Source: a virus (lineage: Duplodnaviria > Caudoviricetes). Taken from it: 48,239 bases of DNA. The stretch lies in IMG/VR virus record IMGVR_UViG_3300020478_001108, positions 1-48,239 of that record; one strand, given 5' to 3'. Shown here piece after piece: positions 1 to 7,448 of this stretch. The notes under the pieces are model-generated. The model was not told the origin of the DNA, did not search any database, and saw nothing but the letters and a program-made list of their open reading frames with translations. How positions within the stretch are numbered: the first letter of the stretch is position 1; each line of letters opens with the position of its first letter. The position numbers and the translations under genes are program-made.

Positions 1-67
1 CGATTACTCCGATTAATCCCAAGATTTCTCTCAACAAGCTTCTTATATTTGTTTCTTTATTTACCAT
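1..67 (-). CDS. Hypothetical protein, N-terminal part only (runs off the window)
   Basis: ATG at 67 with AGGAG upstream; frame MVNKETNIRSLLREILGLIGVI stays open to the window edge; not in the ORF track. Confidence 0.45.
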   Translation of the reverse strand, partial: MVNKETNIRSLLREILGLIGVI

Positions 68-438
68 ATTGTTGAGCTCCTATCCATCCACCTATCACTT
101 GGTAGTTTTAACATATAATAACTCTTACCCTCTATATCCACATAATCGGGGATATCGTTATATAGTTCTTGATTCACGATAGTAATCGTTAACCTTTCAC
201 GAATATCCTCATTTATGTATTCGGGCCACATAACATCCAATTCACTCCAACAACCATATACGGGATTATCCGATGGCACAATTCGATATGCGATGATTTC
301 GACTTTTACATCACGCCAATCCTCATTACTATCATTCAACAAGATGGCTCCACCTTGTATATTATATTGTGATTTATCTATTAAATCTTGTGAGAGTAAT
401 GAACTCAATAACATTAATAAACTTATTGTTCTAATCAT
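61..438 (-). CDS. Hypothetical secreted/periplasmic protein
   Basis: ORF 61..489. Likely start is M18 (438) after AAAGGA, giving a signal-peptide-like N-terminus MIRTISLLMLLSSLLSQ. Confidence 0.6.
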   Translation of the reverse strand: MIRTISLLMLLSSLLSQDLIDKSQYNIQGGAILLNDSNEDWRDVKVEIIAYRIVPSDNPVYGCWSELDVMWPEYINEDIRERLTITIVNQELYNDIPDYVDIEGKSYYMLKLPSDRWMDRSSTIW

Positions 439-464
439 AACATTCCTTTGGTTGATTTGGTTTT

Positions 465-490
465 GGTGGTGTTCCGAAGGAACATCCACC
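465..490 (-). promoter_or_regulatory. Stable hairpin in a 5' leader
   Basis: GGTGG-A-TGTTCC-TTC-GGAACA-CCACC: 11 bp with one bulge; no U-tract on either strand. Confidence 0.5.
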
Positions 491-534
491 GATAATCTAA
501 TCGTTTAAACTTTGTTGAATTGATTCCGTTATCT

Positions 535-549
535 ATATATACATATATA
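535..549. promoter_or_regulatory. Dyad motif TATATA-TG-TATATA, copy 1
   Basis: 15-mer atatatacatatata, also at 23615-23629 and 36736-36750, each intergenic and upstream of a minus-strand gene. Confidence 0.45.
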
Positions 550-573
550 ACTACTTAAAAAAAATTTCTTACT

Positions 574-930
574 TTATTTAACTTTCTTACGAATTACGGG
601 TTCACCACCAGCATCAACACCTGCCTTCATTGTCGTAAAATCTTGAACCATTTCATATTGTAAATTCCTACCACCATATCTCTTAAATATCTTATTTGCA
701 GTTTTAATTTTTGATTTTGTTAATCCGTTCTTTCCATGTTCTGGTATATATTCATCCAGTTGTTTTTCTATCCAATCTTTATCTTTCATATACATCCGTC
801 CATCATAACTATCCAATGGTGGATTAAAGTTAAGACTCCACCTACTCAACAAGTTTTCTAATAGTTTTAATTTCCCACCATGAGTATTTGGGAATGAACG
901 GCCTTCGAATCTTATATATTTACTTTTCAC
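574..930 (-). CDS. Hypothetical protein
   Basis: 118-aa ORF coupled to the upstream gene; no recognised motif. Confidence 0.7.
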   Translation of the reverse strand: MKSKYIRFEGRSFPNTHGGKLKLLENLLSRWSLNFNPPLDSYDGRMYMKDKDWIEKQLDEYIPEHGKNGLTKSKIKTANKIFKRYGGRNLQYEMVQDFTTMKAGVDAGGEPVIRKKVK

Positions 931-1430
931 TATTTCATTGTTATTTGGACATCTGATATACCCATAGATTCTAATTTCTTTGTGAATCTCTTATACATTT
1001 GATTCAAAGCTTTCTTTTGTTTTAAACTGAGTTTACCAGTTCTCTCTAAATAGTTTCTCACATTATCAAGGAATTCATCACTACGGGCGAGATAACCACC
1101 TGAATATTTACAACTATGCATTTGAGTTCTAATTAACTCTATTTTAGCCACACCACTATCTATTAATTCTTTCTTTTCCCATTTAGTTAGTTTATTATCA
1201 CTCTTTAAATATTTCTTATATACCGCCACAACCTTATCCATTGATATTTCCATCTTTGGTGTAACTTTCCTATTACCTATGGCATCATGCATACTCGTTA
1301 CAAATTCTCTATATCCATCATTCATATAAAAATTATTATCATTCAGTATATGATATAATCTTCGTTTAGTTTTCTCTAAACGAGTTTCTGGACTTTTCAT
1401 TTCTCCACCATTAGGCTTAGATTTATTCAT
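930..1430 (-). CDS. Hypothetical basic helical protein
   Basis: 166-aa ORF with ATGA overlap; two similar segments (F..SM......VTPKM and FLDNV......LSLKQ). Confidence 0.7.
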   Translation of the reverse strand: MNKSKPNGGEMKSPETRLEKTKRRLYHILNDNNFYMNDGYREFVTSMHDAIGNRKVTPKMEISMDKVVAVYKKYLKSDNKLTKWEKKELIDSGVAKIELIRTQMHSCKYSGGYLARSDEFLDNVRNYLERTGKLSLKQKKALNQMYKRFTKKLESMGISDVQITMK

Positions 1431-1777
1431 ACTATTGTGCTCTCTAACTCTCCAAACATTAATAAACTATTTACAATTAACTCATCACCATCTGTCCAAT
1501 TCTCATCATGATTTTCCCAATATACCTCACCAGTATCATGGTTGTATATTTGTTCTACATCAATATCCAATTGGGCAAAAGCTGAATGAGAATCATATTT
1601 CCAAACTATGGCAATATCTTTGATTTCATTTATCTCTTTATGTGGTAAACCTTTCAATGCCCCACCTTCACTCAACAAGGCAAGTAATGTGATTTCCCTA
1701 ACATTAGGGCCAACCTCTGAAACACCTATCATATGACTTGATGAATAGATAGTTTCATTTAAATTAGTATCGAACAT
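1427..1777 (-). CDS. Hypothetical acidic protein
   Basis: 116-aa ORF; TAATG coupling with the upstream gene. Confidence 0.7.
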   Translation of the reverse strand: MFDTNLNETIYSSSHMIGVSEVGPNVREITLLALLSEGGALKGLPHKEINEIKDIAIVWKYDSHSAFAQLDIDVEQIYNHDTGEVYWENHDENWTDGDELIVNSLLMFGELESTIV

Positions 1778-1959
1778 TATTCATCTCCTAAATATTCTGG
1801 TTCACCAACATGAAGTTTTCCAAGTAGATAATCTTCTAACCCATCATCATCCATTTCCATTATCTCACTATCATCAATGGTTTCTTCAATAGGTTCATCA
1901 AACCCATCATACCCATCTAACTCATCGAGTTCATCAAAATAATTAAAAACTTTACTCAT
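1777..1959 (-). CDS. Small, very acidic protein (possible DNA mimic)
   Basis: 60 aa with 23 D/E and 2 K; GAGGAG SD; coupled on both sides. Confidence 0.7.
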   Translation of the reverse strand: MSKVFNYFDELDELDGYDGFDEPIEETIDDSEIMEMDDDGLEDYLLGKLHVGEPEYLGDE

Positions 1960-2330
1960 TAATTTTTTACTCCTCTTACTTTGTTAAAGAATTCATCCTT
2001 AGTGATACCAACTCTACCATTGGTTTTCAAACCCCAAGTAAACTCACTCTTTAAATTCTTATTAGCCAACACATTAACAAAAAACTCATTGGTTGGATTC
2101 TCACAAATAAACTCATAGTTCTTTAAGAACCTATCAATACCATCACCCCTGAAAAAATAACCTCTCTCATATCTTAGATTCATAGTAGTATTGAAAAGTT
2201 TTGGTTTACCATCAAAACCTACATCTGCAGAAACAGAATGGATAGTTCCACTCTTCTTATTTACCCAATAACTATAAGAACCTTTTTTCAGATGTTTATT
2301 TAAATTCATTATTTTTCCCCTTTTTGTCAT
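1959..2330 (-). CDS. Hypothetical early protein
   Basis: 123-aa ORF directly after a promoter; alternative start at 2309 after AGGGGA. Confidence 0.7.
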   Translation of the reverse strand: MTKRGKIMNLNKHLKKGSYSYWVNKKSGTIHSVSADVGFDGKPKLFNTTMNLRYERGYFFRGDGIDRFLKNYEFICENPTNEFFVNVLANKNLKSEFTWGLKTNGRVGITKDEFFNKVRGVKN

Positions 2331-2335
2331 ATGTG

Positions 2336-2365
2336 AATATACAACAAAAACACTATATGTGTCAA
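2336..2365 (-). promoter_or_regulatory. Sigma70-like early promoter
   Basis: TTGACA-18 nt-TATATT with an upstream A-tract (UP-like). Confidence 0.75.
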
Positions 2366-2383
2366 GTCTTTTTTTGAATTATT

Positions 2384-2596
2384 TTAGTTTTTTCTATTGT
2401 ATAGATTTAGACCTTTTTCGAAAGCGATTGCTTTCTTAGACATTTCTTCTACCTGTTCTTTCAATACATATATTGTATTTCTAGCAGCATCAATATAACC
2501 CCTACTATCAGTATTGGCGTTATACTCTGGTAATGTATTGTAAGCATCATCCAATTCACATTCTGCTGTGTTAAGTAGTTCTATTATTTCTTTCAT
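2384..2596 (-). CDS. Hypothetical helical protein
   Basis: 70-aa ORF with AGGA SD. Confidence 0.65.
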   Translation of the reverse strand: MKEIIELLNTAECELDDAYNTLPEYNANTDSRGYIDAARNTIYVLKEQVEEMSKKAIAFEKGLNLYNRKN

Positions 2597-2612
2597 AACA
2601 TATATTCCTATA

Positions 2613-2789
2613 TTAAGCGATGGCTATATAATATCCCAACAAACACGCTTCGTTGAGTGTTATATCTGGCCTATCATCAACAACCCATTCTTGCACACCA
2701 TCTAATAGAGCATCTATATCTGGTATGGTCATCCAATGATTATGAATGATTTTCCAATACGGGTCGTATCTTAAATTATTTGATTCCAT
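2613..2789 (-). CDS. Small hypothetical protein, 58 aa, probably leaderless (not in ORF track)
   Basis: MESNNLRYDPYWKIIHNHWMTIPDIDALLDGVQEWVVDDRPDITLNEACLLGYYIAIA; ATG 5 nt after the -10 box; fills the gap. Confidence 0.65.
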   Translation of the reverse strand: MESNNLRYDPYWKIIHNHWMTIPDIDALLDGVQEWVVDDRPDITLNEACLLGYYIAIA

Positions 2790-2794
2790 ATGTG

Positions 2795-2824
2795 AATATA
2801 CGAATAAAAGCGTATATAAGTCAA
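2795..2824 (-). promoter_or_regulatory. Sigma70-like early promoter
   Basis: TTGACT-18 nt-TATATT; flanks identical to those of the 2336-2365 promoter. Confidence 0.75.
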
Positions 2825-2852
2825 GTCTTTTTTTGAATTATTTTGATTTTTT

Positions 2853-3140
2853 TTAAGATAGTTTGAACATATCCCAAATGTGTTTGGCCATAAGACCAAT
2901 AAAACCTGTTCCAATTACACCTCTCCATTTTGATGTGCTCTTTCGGAATTCTGTATTTAACCTTGTTTCCGCCCATAGACCTTCATGTGGATTAAATAGA
3001 TTTTCTTTTATGAATTTTAGATTCTCTTCTGTTTTCATATGTGCAGAATTCATCTCTTCTTTTAACTCATCAATAGATTGTGTAATATGGTCAATCTTAT
3101 TGTGAATCAAATCGAATTCTGTTCTGTCTTTTTGGTTCAA
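2853..3140 (-). CDS. Coiled-coil protein with a C-terminal hydrophobic helix
   Basis: TTG start with AGGAG SD; heptad pattern followed by WRGVIGTGFIGLMAKHIW. Confidence 0.65.
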   Translation of the reverse strand: MNQKDRTEFDLIHNKIDHITQSIDELKEEMNSAHMKTEENLKFIKENLFNPHEGLWAETRLNTEFRKSTSKWRGVIGTGFIGLMAKHIWDMFKLS

Positions 3141-3208
3141 GGTTATCTCCTATAGTTATTAATTATACATTAATAAATAGAATATATATAAAAACTCTGT
3201 ATAAAAAT

Positions 3209-3457
3209 CTAAATCTTTTTTTGTTGATTTTTCTTATAATTTCTTCGTCTTTTTCTTGGTTGTGGTTTTCTTGGTTTATATTGTTTACCCAACCTAAAGA
3301 TTTCTTCTTTGAGTAATTGTCGTGTTTGTCTTAACCTATCATTATCTCTTTGTAAATCGTCGTGTTTACCAGCACTAACTAAAGCGAGTATAAGAACTCC
3401 TAAACAACCACCAATTACTAAACCACAAGCGAATGCTATCCATACTGATTCAATCAT
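3209..3457 (-). CDS. Small membrane protein with coiled coil and basic tail
   Basis: N-terminal TM segment WIAFACGLVIGGCLGVLILALV; K/R-rich C-terminus. Confidence 0.7.
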   Translation of the reverse strand: MIESVWIAFACGLVIGGCLGVLILALVSAGKHDDLQRDNDRLRQTRQLLKEEIFRLGKQYKPRKPQPRKRRRNYKKNQQKKI

Positions 3458-3773
3458 TTGTTTTACCTTTATCTAATTTTTTGTTAATATCATCGAGTTC
3501 TTTTTGTAAATCTCGAACTACCTCTTTGATAGTATCTGGCATTTTCTTACCTTCATACCTATCTTCATATTTCCAAATTCTCTCTTGAAGTAGATTTGCT
3601 CTATCTTTGAGAATTTTATTATCAAGTCGTGTTTCTACTTTCTTAACACTCTCTTGAACTTTTTTTACTTGGTCTTGTTTTGCATATCGTGCATCTACTG
3701 AAAACGCTGTTCCCATTAATGTTACACACCCTAACAAGAGTGCAAGTATTGTTTTACTTTTATCAAGTTCCAT
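3450..3773 (-). CDS. Membrane-anchored or secreted coiled-coil protein
   Basis: Hydrophobic N-terminus, then coiled coil; AGGAG SD. Confidence 0.7.
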   Translation of the reverse strand: MELDKSKTILALLLGCVTLMGTAFSVDARYAKQDQVKKVQESVKKVETRLDNKILKDRANLLQERIWKYEDRYEGKKMPDTIKEVVRDLQKELDDINKKLDKGKTND

Positions 3774-3791
3774 TTTATAACTCCTTTTTAC

Positions 3792-4136
3792 CTATTTCCA
3801 AGGCAACATTGTCATTCCTATTAAATTTAATAGAAACTCTATTATGATTACAAATAGTAAACCAACACCTAATTGCCATGTCCACCATTTCCAACCTTCC
3901 AAACTATCTACCCATTTACGAGTCTTAGAGTTTCTGGCCTTATCATACAAACCACTACTCTCACCTACCTCACTAGCCCAATAGTTCGGGTCTACCCAAT
4001 CTTTTAATTTTATCAATGGATAAAATATAAAAGTTAGTACTTTGTGTATTTTAGTATTTCTAATTAAAATACTTAACACTATTGCGAGTAGTAGTGTTCC
4101 ACCCGCCAATAAATTTATAATTGTATCTTCACTCAT
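3792..4136 (-). CDS. Membrane protein (2-3 TM segments)
   Basis: ORF 3792..4151; likely ATG at 4136 via a TGATG overlap; hydrophobic helices at both ends. Confidence 0.7.
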   Translation of the reverse strand: MSEDTIINLLAGGTLLLAIVLSILIRNTKIHKVLTFIFYPLIKLKDWVDPNYWASEVGESSGLYDKARNSKTRKWVDSLEGWKWWTWQLGVGLLFVIIIEFLLNLIGMTMLPWK

Positions 4137-4204
4137 CACGCACTTGGCCAATTACCATTTATACATAAATGAAATAATATAACGAACGCGAATAGAATTG
4201 TCAT
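4136..4204 (-). CDS. 22-aa hydrophobic peptide (not in ORF track)
   Basis: MTILFAFVILFHLCINGNWPSA; ATGA overlap upstream and TGATG overlap downstream. Confidence 0.5.
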   Translation of the reverse strand: MTILFAFVILFHLCINGNWPSA

Positions 4205-4758
4205 TTCAACCATATTTTCTTTCCGTATTTACTATTCTTTATAACATCAATATCTTCTTTTAATTTTGTTATTGATTGTTGTAAAGATATGTTTAACTCT
4301 GAAGTATAATCATATTGTGATTTTAACTTATCGTTTAGTGATTTTATTTCACTCTCAATATCATTTACTTCCTGTATCAATATTCTCTCTATAGCGAATA
4401 TCTGTTCTTTCACATCACTACCTTGTAGTTCTGAAAGTTCTTCTTTGATAGTATTGAGTTTCTCATCATACTCTGAAAAATATCCATCTAATGCTTCAGA
4501 TGAAACTTGTCCACTCTCTACTATCTTACCTAAAAATGTAACATCATCCAATATCTTTCTTAACTCTGATGTATAGAGTCTAATTGTTTTTGGATTTGAT
4601 ACATCTACAAATGTTTGAACCTCTTCTTGTATCTTAGAATAAGCTTTATCCCATTCATCTACTTTACTGTCAACTAATTTAATTGCATAAAATGTTCCAC
4701 CAAAGAAACACCCAATACCAAATGTTGCAATTAATATTGAACTTGTTATTTTACTCAT
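4201..4758 (-). CDS. N-anchored coiled-coil membrane protein
   Basis: N-terminal TM segment, then long heptad repeats. Confidence 0.7.
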   Translation of the reverse strand: MSKITSSILIATFGIGCFFGGTFYAIKLVDSKVDEWDKAYSKIQEEVQTFVDVSNPKTIRLYTSELRKILDDVTFLGKIVESGQVSSEALDGYFSEYDEKLNTIKEELSELQGSDVKEQIFAIERILIQEVNDIESEIKSLNDKLKSQYDYTSELNISLQQSITKLKEDIDVIKNSKYGKKIWLK

Positions 4759-4770
4759 AATATTACCTTC

Positions 4771-4989
4771 CTAACTAATAATTAATACTCCTGGATTATT
4801 ATCCCAAGAATTATCTACTTTAAATTGGTGTGGTTCACACTCTTCTCTCACAACCTGTTTCATTTTCTCACTTTTGCCTGTAATTATCCTGATTGGGAAA
4901 TTTCCCATATTATAATGAAGTATAATTTTACTCATTAATTTGTCTTTTACTTCATCATATGTAAAGCCGTGTAAATCAATTTCTACCAT
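4771..4989 (-). CDS. Stand-alone Smr (MutS2 C-terminal) domain protein
   Basis: EIDLHG and IRIITGK motifs and terminal NPG-V; ORF track start 5025, probable start 4989. Confidence 0.7.
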   Translation of the reverse strand: MVEIDLHGFTYDEVKDKLMSKIILHYNMGNFPIRIITGKSEKMKQVVREECEPHQFKVDNSWDNNPGVLIIS

Positions 4990-5263
4990 CTCGTTTTTCG
5001 AAAATTTGGATTTCATCATCCGCAATTTCTTTATCTTCTATCCACCAATCGTATCCTTGTGATGATGGTTTTCGTAAAGTTGCTTCATAAGTTCTATCAT
5101 AATCTTCTTGAGTAATAACCTTCCATAACCTATCAAAATCTTTCCTATTAGGCATTTGTTTTACACCTTGAAAATAGGTTTTTGCTCCATTAATACCAAC
5201 ATCACTCGACATGTCTACTGACCACACTATCTCATCGTTTTTGTTAACCAAGAGATATTTCAT
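4976..5263 (-). CDS. Hypothetical protein
   Basis: 95-aa ORF with ATGA coupling. Confidence 0.65.
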   Translation of the reverse strand: MKYLLVNKNDEIVWSVDMSSDVGINGAKTYFQGVKQMPNRKDFDRLWKVITQEDYDRTYEATLRKPSSQGYDWWIEDKEIADDEIQIFEKRDGRN

Positions 5264-5850
5264 TCATTGTTCTCCAATATTATATTAAGCGTGTTCTCAA
5301 TATAAATATCATTTAAGTCCCAAAAATATGTCCATATTTTCATGGTATCACCTACCATAGTTTGAACAGGACCTAACATTGTGTTTATTTCATAAATAGT
5401 ATCACCAGTTTTAACTGGATAACTATAAAAATTTATTGTATTCACAGGTTCACCTTCAAAGCCTGTTATAGATAGTGTATCGTAATACACATATTCTAAA
5501 TCATCGGTCAATCCTCGTTTTACTATATAACCAAGTGTATCATCCATTACCCAATAATGTGATGATTCCCAATACACTCTTATTGTTTCAACCAAATCTC
5601 TTTGTTTCTCGTATCGTGTTTCTGAATGTTTAGAAGTTAGTGTGGCACTCAATCTCTGTATAGTTTGCCAATTCTCACCTAACTCTAAATGATAATAACC
5701 ATTCTCATCTAATGGTAAATCAATATTATATTCAAAATTAATATCTTCGTGTGAAAATTTATTATCTTCACAACCAATTAAGAATATACTAAGAACGATT
5801 AGGATGTTTTTTATTAACTTGATTACTTTGTTTTCTTTTCTGAATCTCAT
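5260..5850 (-). CDS. Putative lipoprotein
   Basis: Basic n-region, hydrophobic h-region and lipobox LIGC. Confidence 0.65.
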   Translation of the reverse strand: MRFRKENKVIKLIKNILIVLSIFLIGCEDNKFSHEDINFEYNIDLPLDENGYYHLELGENWQTIQRLSATLTSKHSETRYEKQRDLVETIRVYWESSHYWVMDDTLGYIVKRGLTDDLEYVYYDTLSITGFEGEPVNTINFYSYPVKTGDTIYEINTMLGPVQTMVGDTMKIWTYFWDLNDIYIENTLNIILENNE

Positions 5851-5953
5851 GATAACTTTTCTTTTTCCTTTTCGGTTTTGTTTTTTTATTTACTCTTTCT
5901 TGATGAATTTCTTCTTCGAATTCGTCAAAATCTTCCCAATTATATTTCGGCAT
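5789..5953 (-). CDS. Small charged protein, 54 aa (not in ORF track)
   Basis: MPKYNWEDFDEFEEEIHQERVNKKTKPKRKKKSYHEIQKRKQSNQVNKKHPNRS; AGGAG SD right after a promoter. Confidence 0.65.
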   Translation of the reverse strand: MPKYNWEDFDEFEEEIHQERVNKKTKPKRKKKSYHEIQKRKQSNQVNKKHPNRS

Positions 5954-5965
5954 TTATATACTCCT

Positions 5966-5995
5966 AATATACTACTTTTTTATAATACAAGTCAA
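5966..5995 (-). promoter_or_regulatory. Sigma70-like promoter
   Basis: TTGACT-18 nt-TATATT, same class as the promoters at 2336, 2795 and 25738. Confidence 0.65.
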
Positions 5996-6234
5996 GCACT
6001 TTTTACTTTTAATTTCTCTACTAAATCAAGAAATTCTGTAATAGTGTATTTCCCACCTTTTTCATCAAGAATAATATAATTCTCTAATGATTCAGGACTT
6101 GTATTTATCATATTGTTTAGAGCCATCCACCCTTGTTCTGGATAGAAACTCCCTAAACTCTCCTCACCCAATATGTTACTACTAAACATTAGGTTTTCCT
6201 TTTTCTCTTTTTTATGCATTATGAAAAATGTCAT
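5992..6234 (-). CDS. Hypothetical protein
   Basis: 80-aa ORF with ATGA coupling. Confidence 0.65.
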   Translation of the reverse strand: MTFFIMHKKEKKENLMFSSNILGEESLGSFYPEQGWMALNNMINTSPESLENYIILDEKGGKYTITEFLDLVEKLKVKSA

Positions 6235-7448
6235 ACCTTTATTAACTCTTTCTCATATGTTTTCAAATTCTTTATTTCTAAATCAAATATTTCTAATTTC
6301 ATAGTTCCTATTTCTCCACTATCTTTTATTATCTCAGATAACTGAACAAGATACTGAAAATTCTGTGAATTTAGTAAATTACAATCAAATCTAACCACTA
6401 TATCATTTGTTGGATTGATATGGTCTGAATGAATTCTTTTACTCAAATCAAATTGAGTATTTGGTTGTTCTTCATCAATATATTGATTCACTCCATATCC
6501 CTTATGCCCAACGAAATCACCATAAATATCTGAACACCAAGGCTCTAACTCTTTTAACAATTCTGTATTACAATTCTCAACCACAAACCCTATATTATAT
6601 TTTGGTGGTATAATAGGATGTAGTAATGAATCGTGTTTTACCATATGTCCCCACTTACGAATAAAGTTTCTTGTAGAACGAAGATTCTGAGCTAACCATT
6701 CTGATGATTCTCTACCTTTCATGAATACTTGTCCAGCTGGATTTCTTAGTGCCCCATCCTTAAATCTTGAACCTCTACAAGTCATATGATAAACATAACC
6801 TTGCCATGTTTGAATAAATTCATATCCTTGTAACTTGAACCTATTGAATATATCTGAATCTTCTTTACTTTGTGGTGCATACAATGGGTCGTGTCCACCT
6901 ATTCTTTGAAAATCTTCTTTGTATATAGCCCAGGGTGCAAATATTCCATTAGTAATCTTATCTTCTGGCATTCCTTCCCAAGTCTGATTTATAAAATTTA
7001 ATAATCCTTGTTCATCAAATTCCTCTGGTTCTATTCCAAAATCTTGTAAAACCTTTTCAGGACCATCTGGATGTAGTGGTGGTTCTATTCTTGTTAATGA
7101 TACAACCTTACCTTTTTCTAATAACCTATCTATTTCTTTATCTGCATTTGGACACAAATACATATCGGCATGAAATATCATAACTACATCATGTGTGGCA
7201 TATTCATTTATCAATGTATCATATAATATTGTATGTCCTAATCTCGTAGGTCCCTGATTTCTATGAAACTGAATATTCTTATCTCGTTTCATTTGAACCA
7301 ACACCCATTCCATAGTTCCATCATCTGAAAAATCATCCGCAATACATATCTCATGTTCTACAGATTGATTCTTACGAATACTCTCATATGCCTGTTTTAA
7401 ATACTTTAAGTTATTTCTACTCGGTAGTATAAAACTAATTGGTTTCAT
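6231..7448 (-). CDS. Glycosyltransferase family 2
   Basis: ISFILPSRN, ICIADDFSDDGT, FHADM (DxD-like), IGGHD...EDSD. Confidence 0.85.
   Translation of the reverse strand: MKPISFILPSRNNLKYLKQAYESIRKNQSVEHEICIADDFSDDGTMEWVLVQMKRDKNIQFHRNQGPTRLGHTILYDTLINEYATHDVVMIFHADMYLCPNADKEIDRLLEKGKVVSLTRIEPPLHPDGPEKVLQDFGIEPEEFDEQGLLNFINQTWEGMPEDKITNGIFAPWAIYKEDFQRIGGHDPLYAPQSKEDSDIFNRFKLQGYEFIQTWQGYVYHMTCRGSRFKDGALRNPAGQVFMKGRESSEWLAQNLRSTRNFIRKWGHMVKHDSLLHPIIPPKYNIGFVVENCNTELLKELEPWCSDIYGDFVGHKGYGVNQYIDEEQPNTQFDLSKRIHSDHINPTNDIVVRFDCNLLNSQNFQYLVQLSEIIKDSGEIGTMKLEIFDLEIKNLKTYEKELIKV

Larger units (their letters stand above)
2328..2844. repeat. Direct repeat of a promoter module (2328-2385 and 2787-2844)
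   Basis: Identical 15-mer catatgtgaatatac and identical 25-mer gtcaagtctttttttgaattatttt, separated by a variable spacer. Confidence 0.8.
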
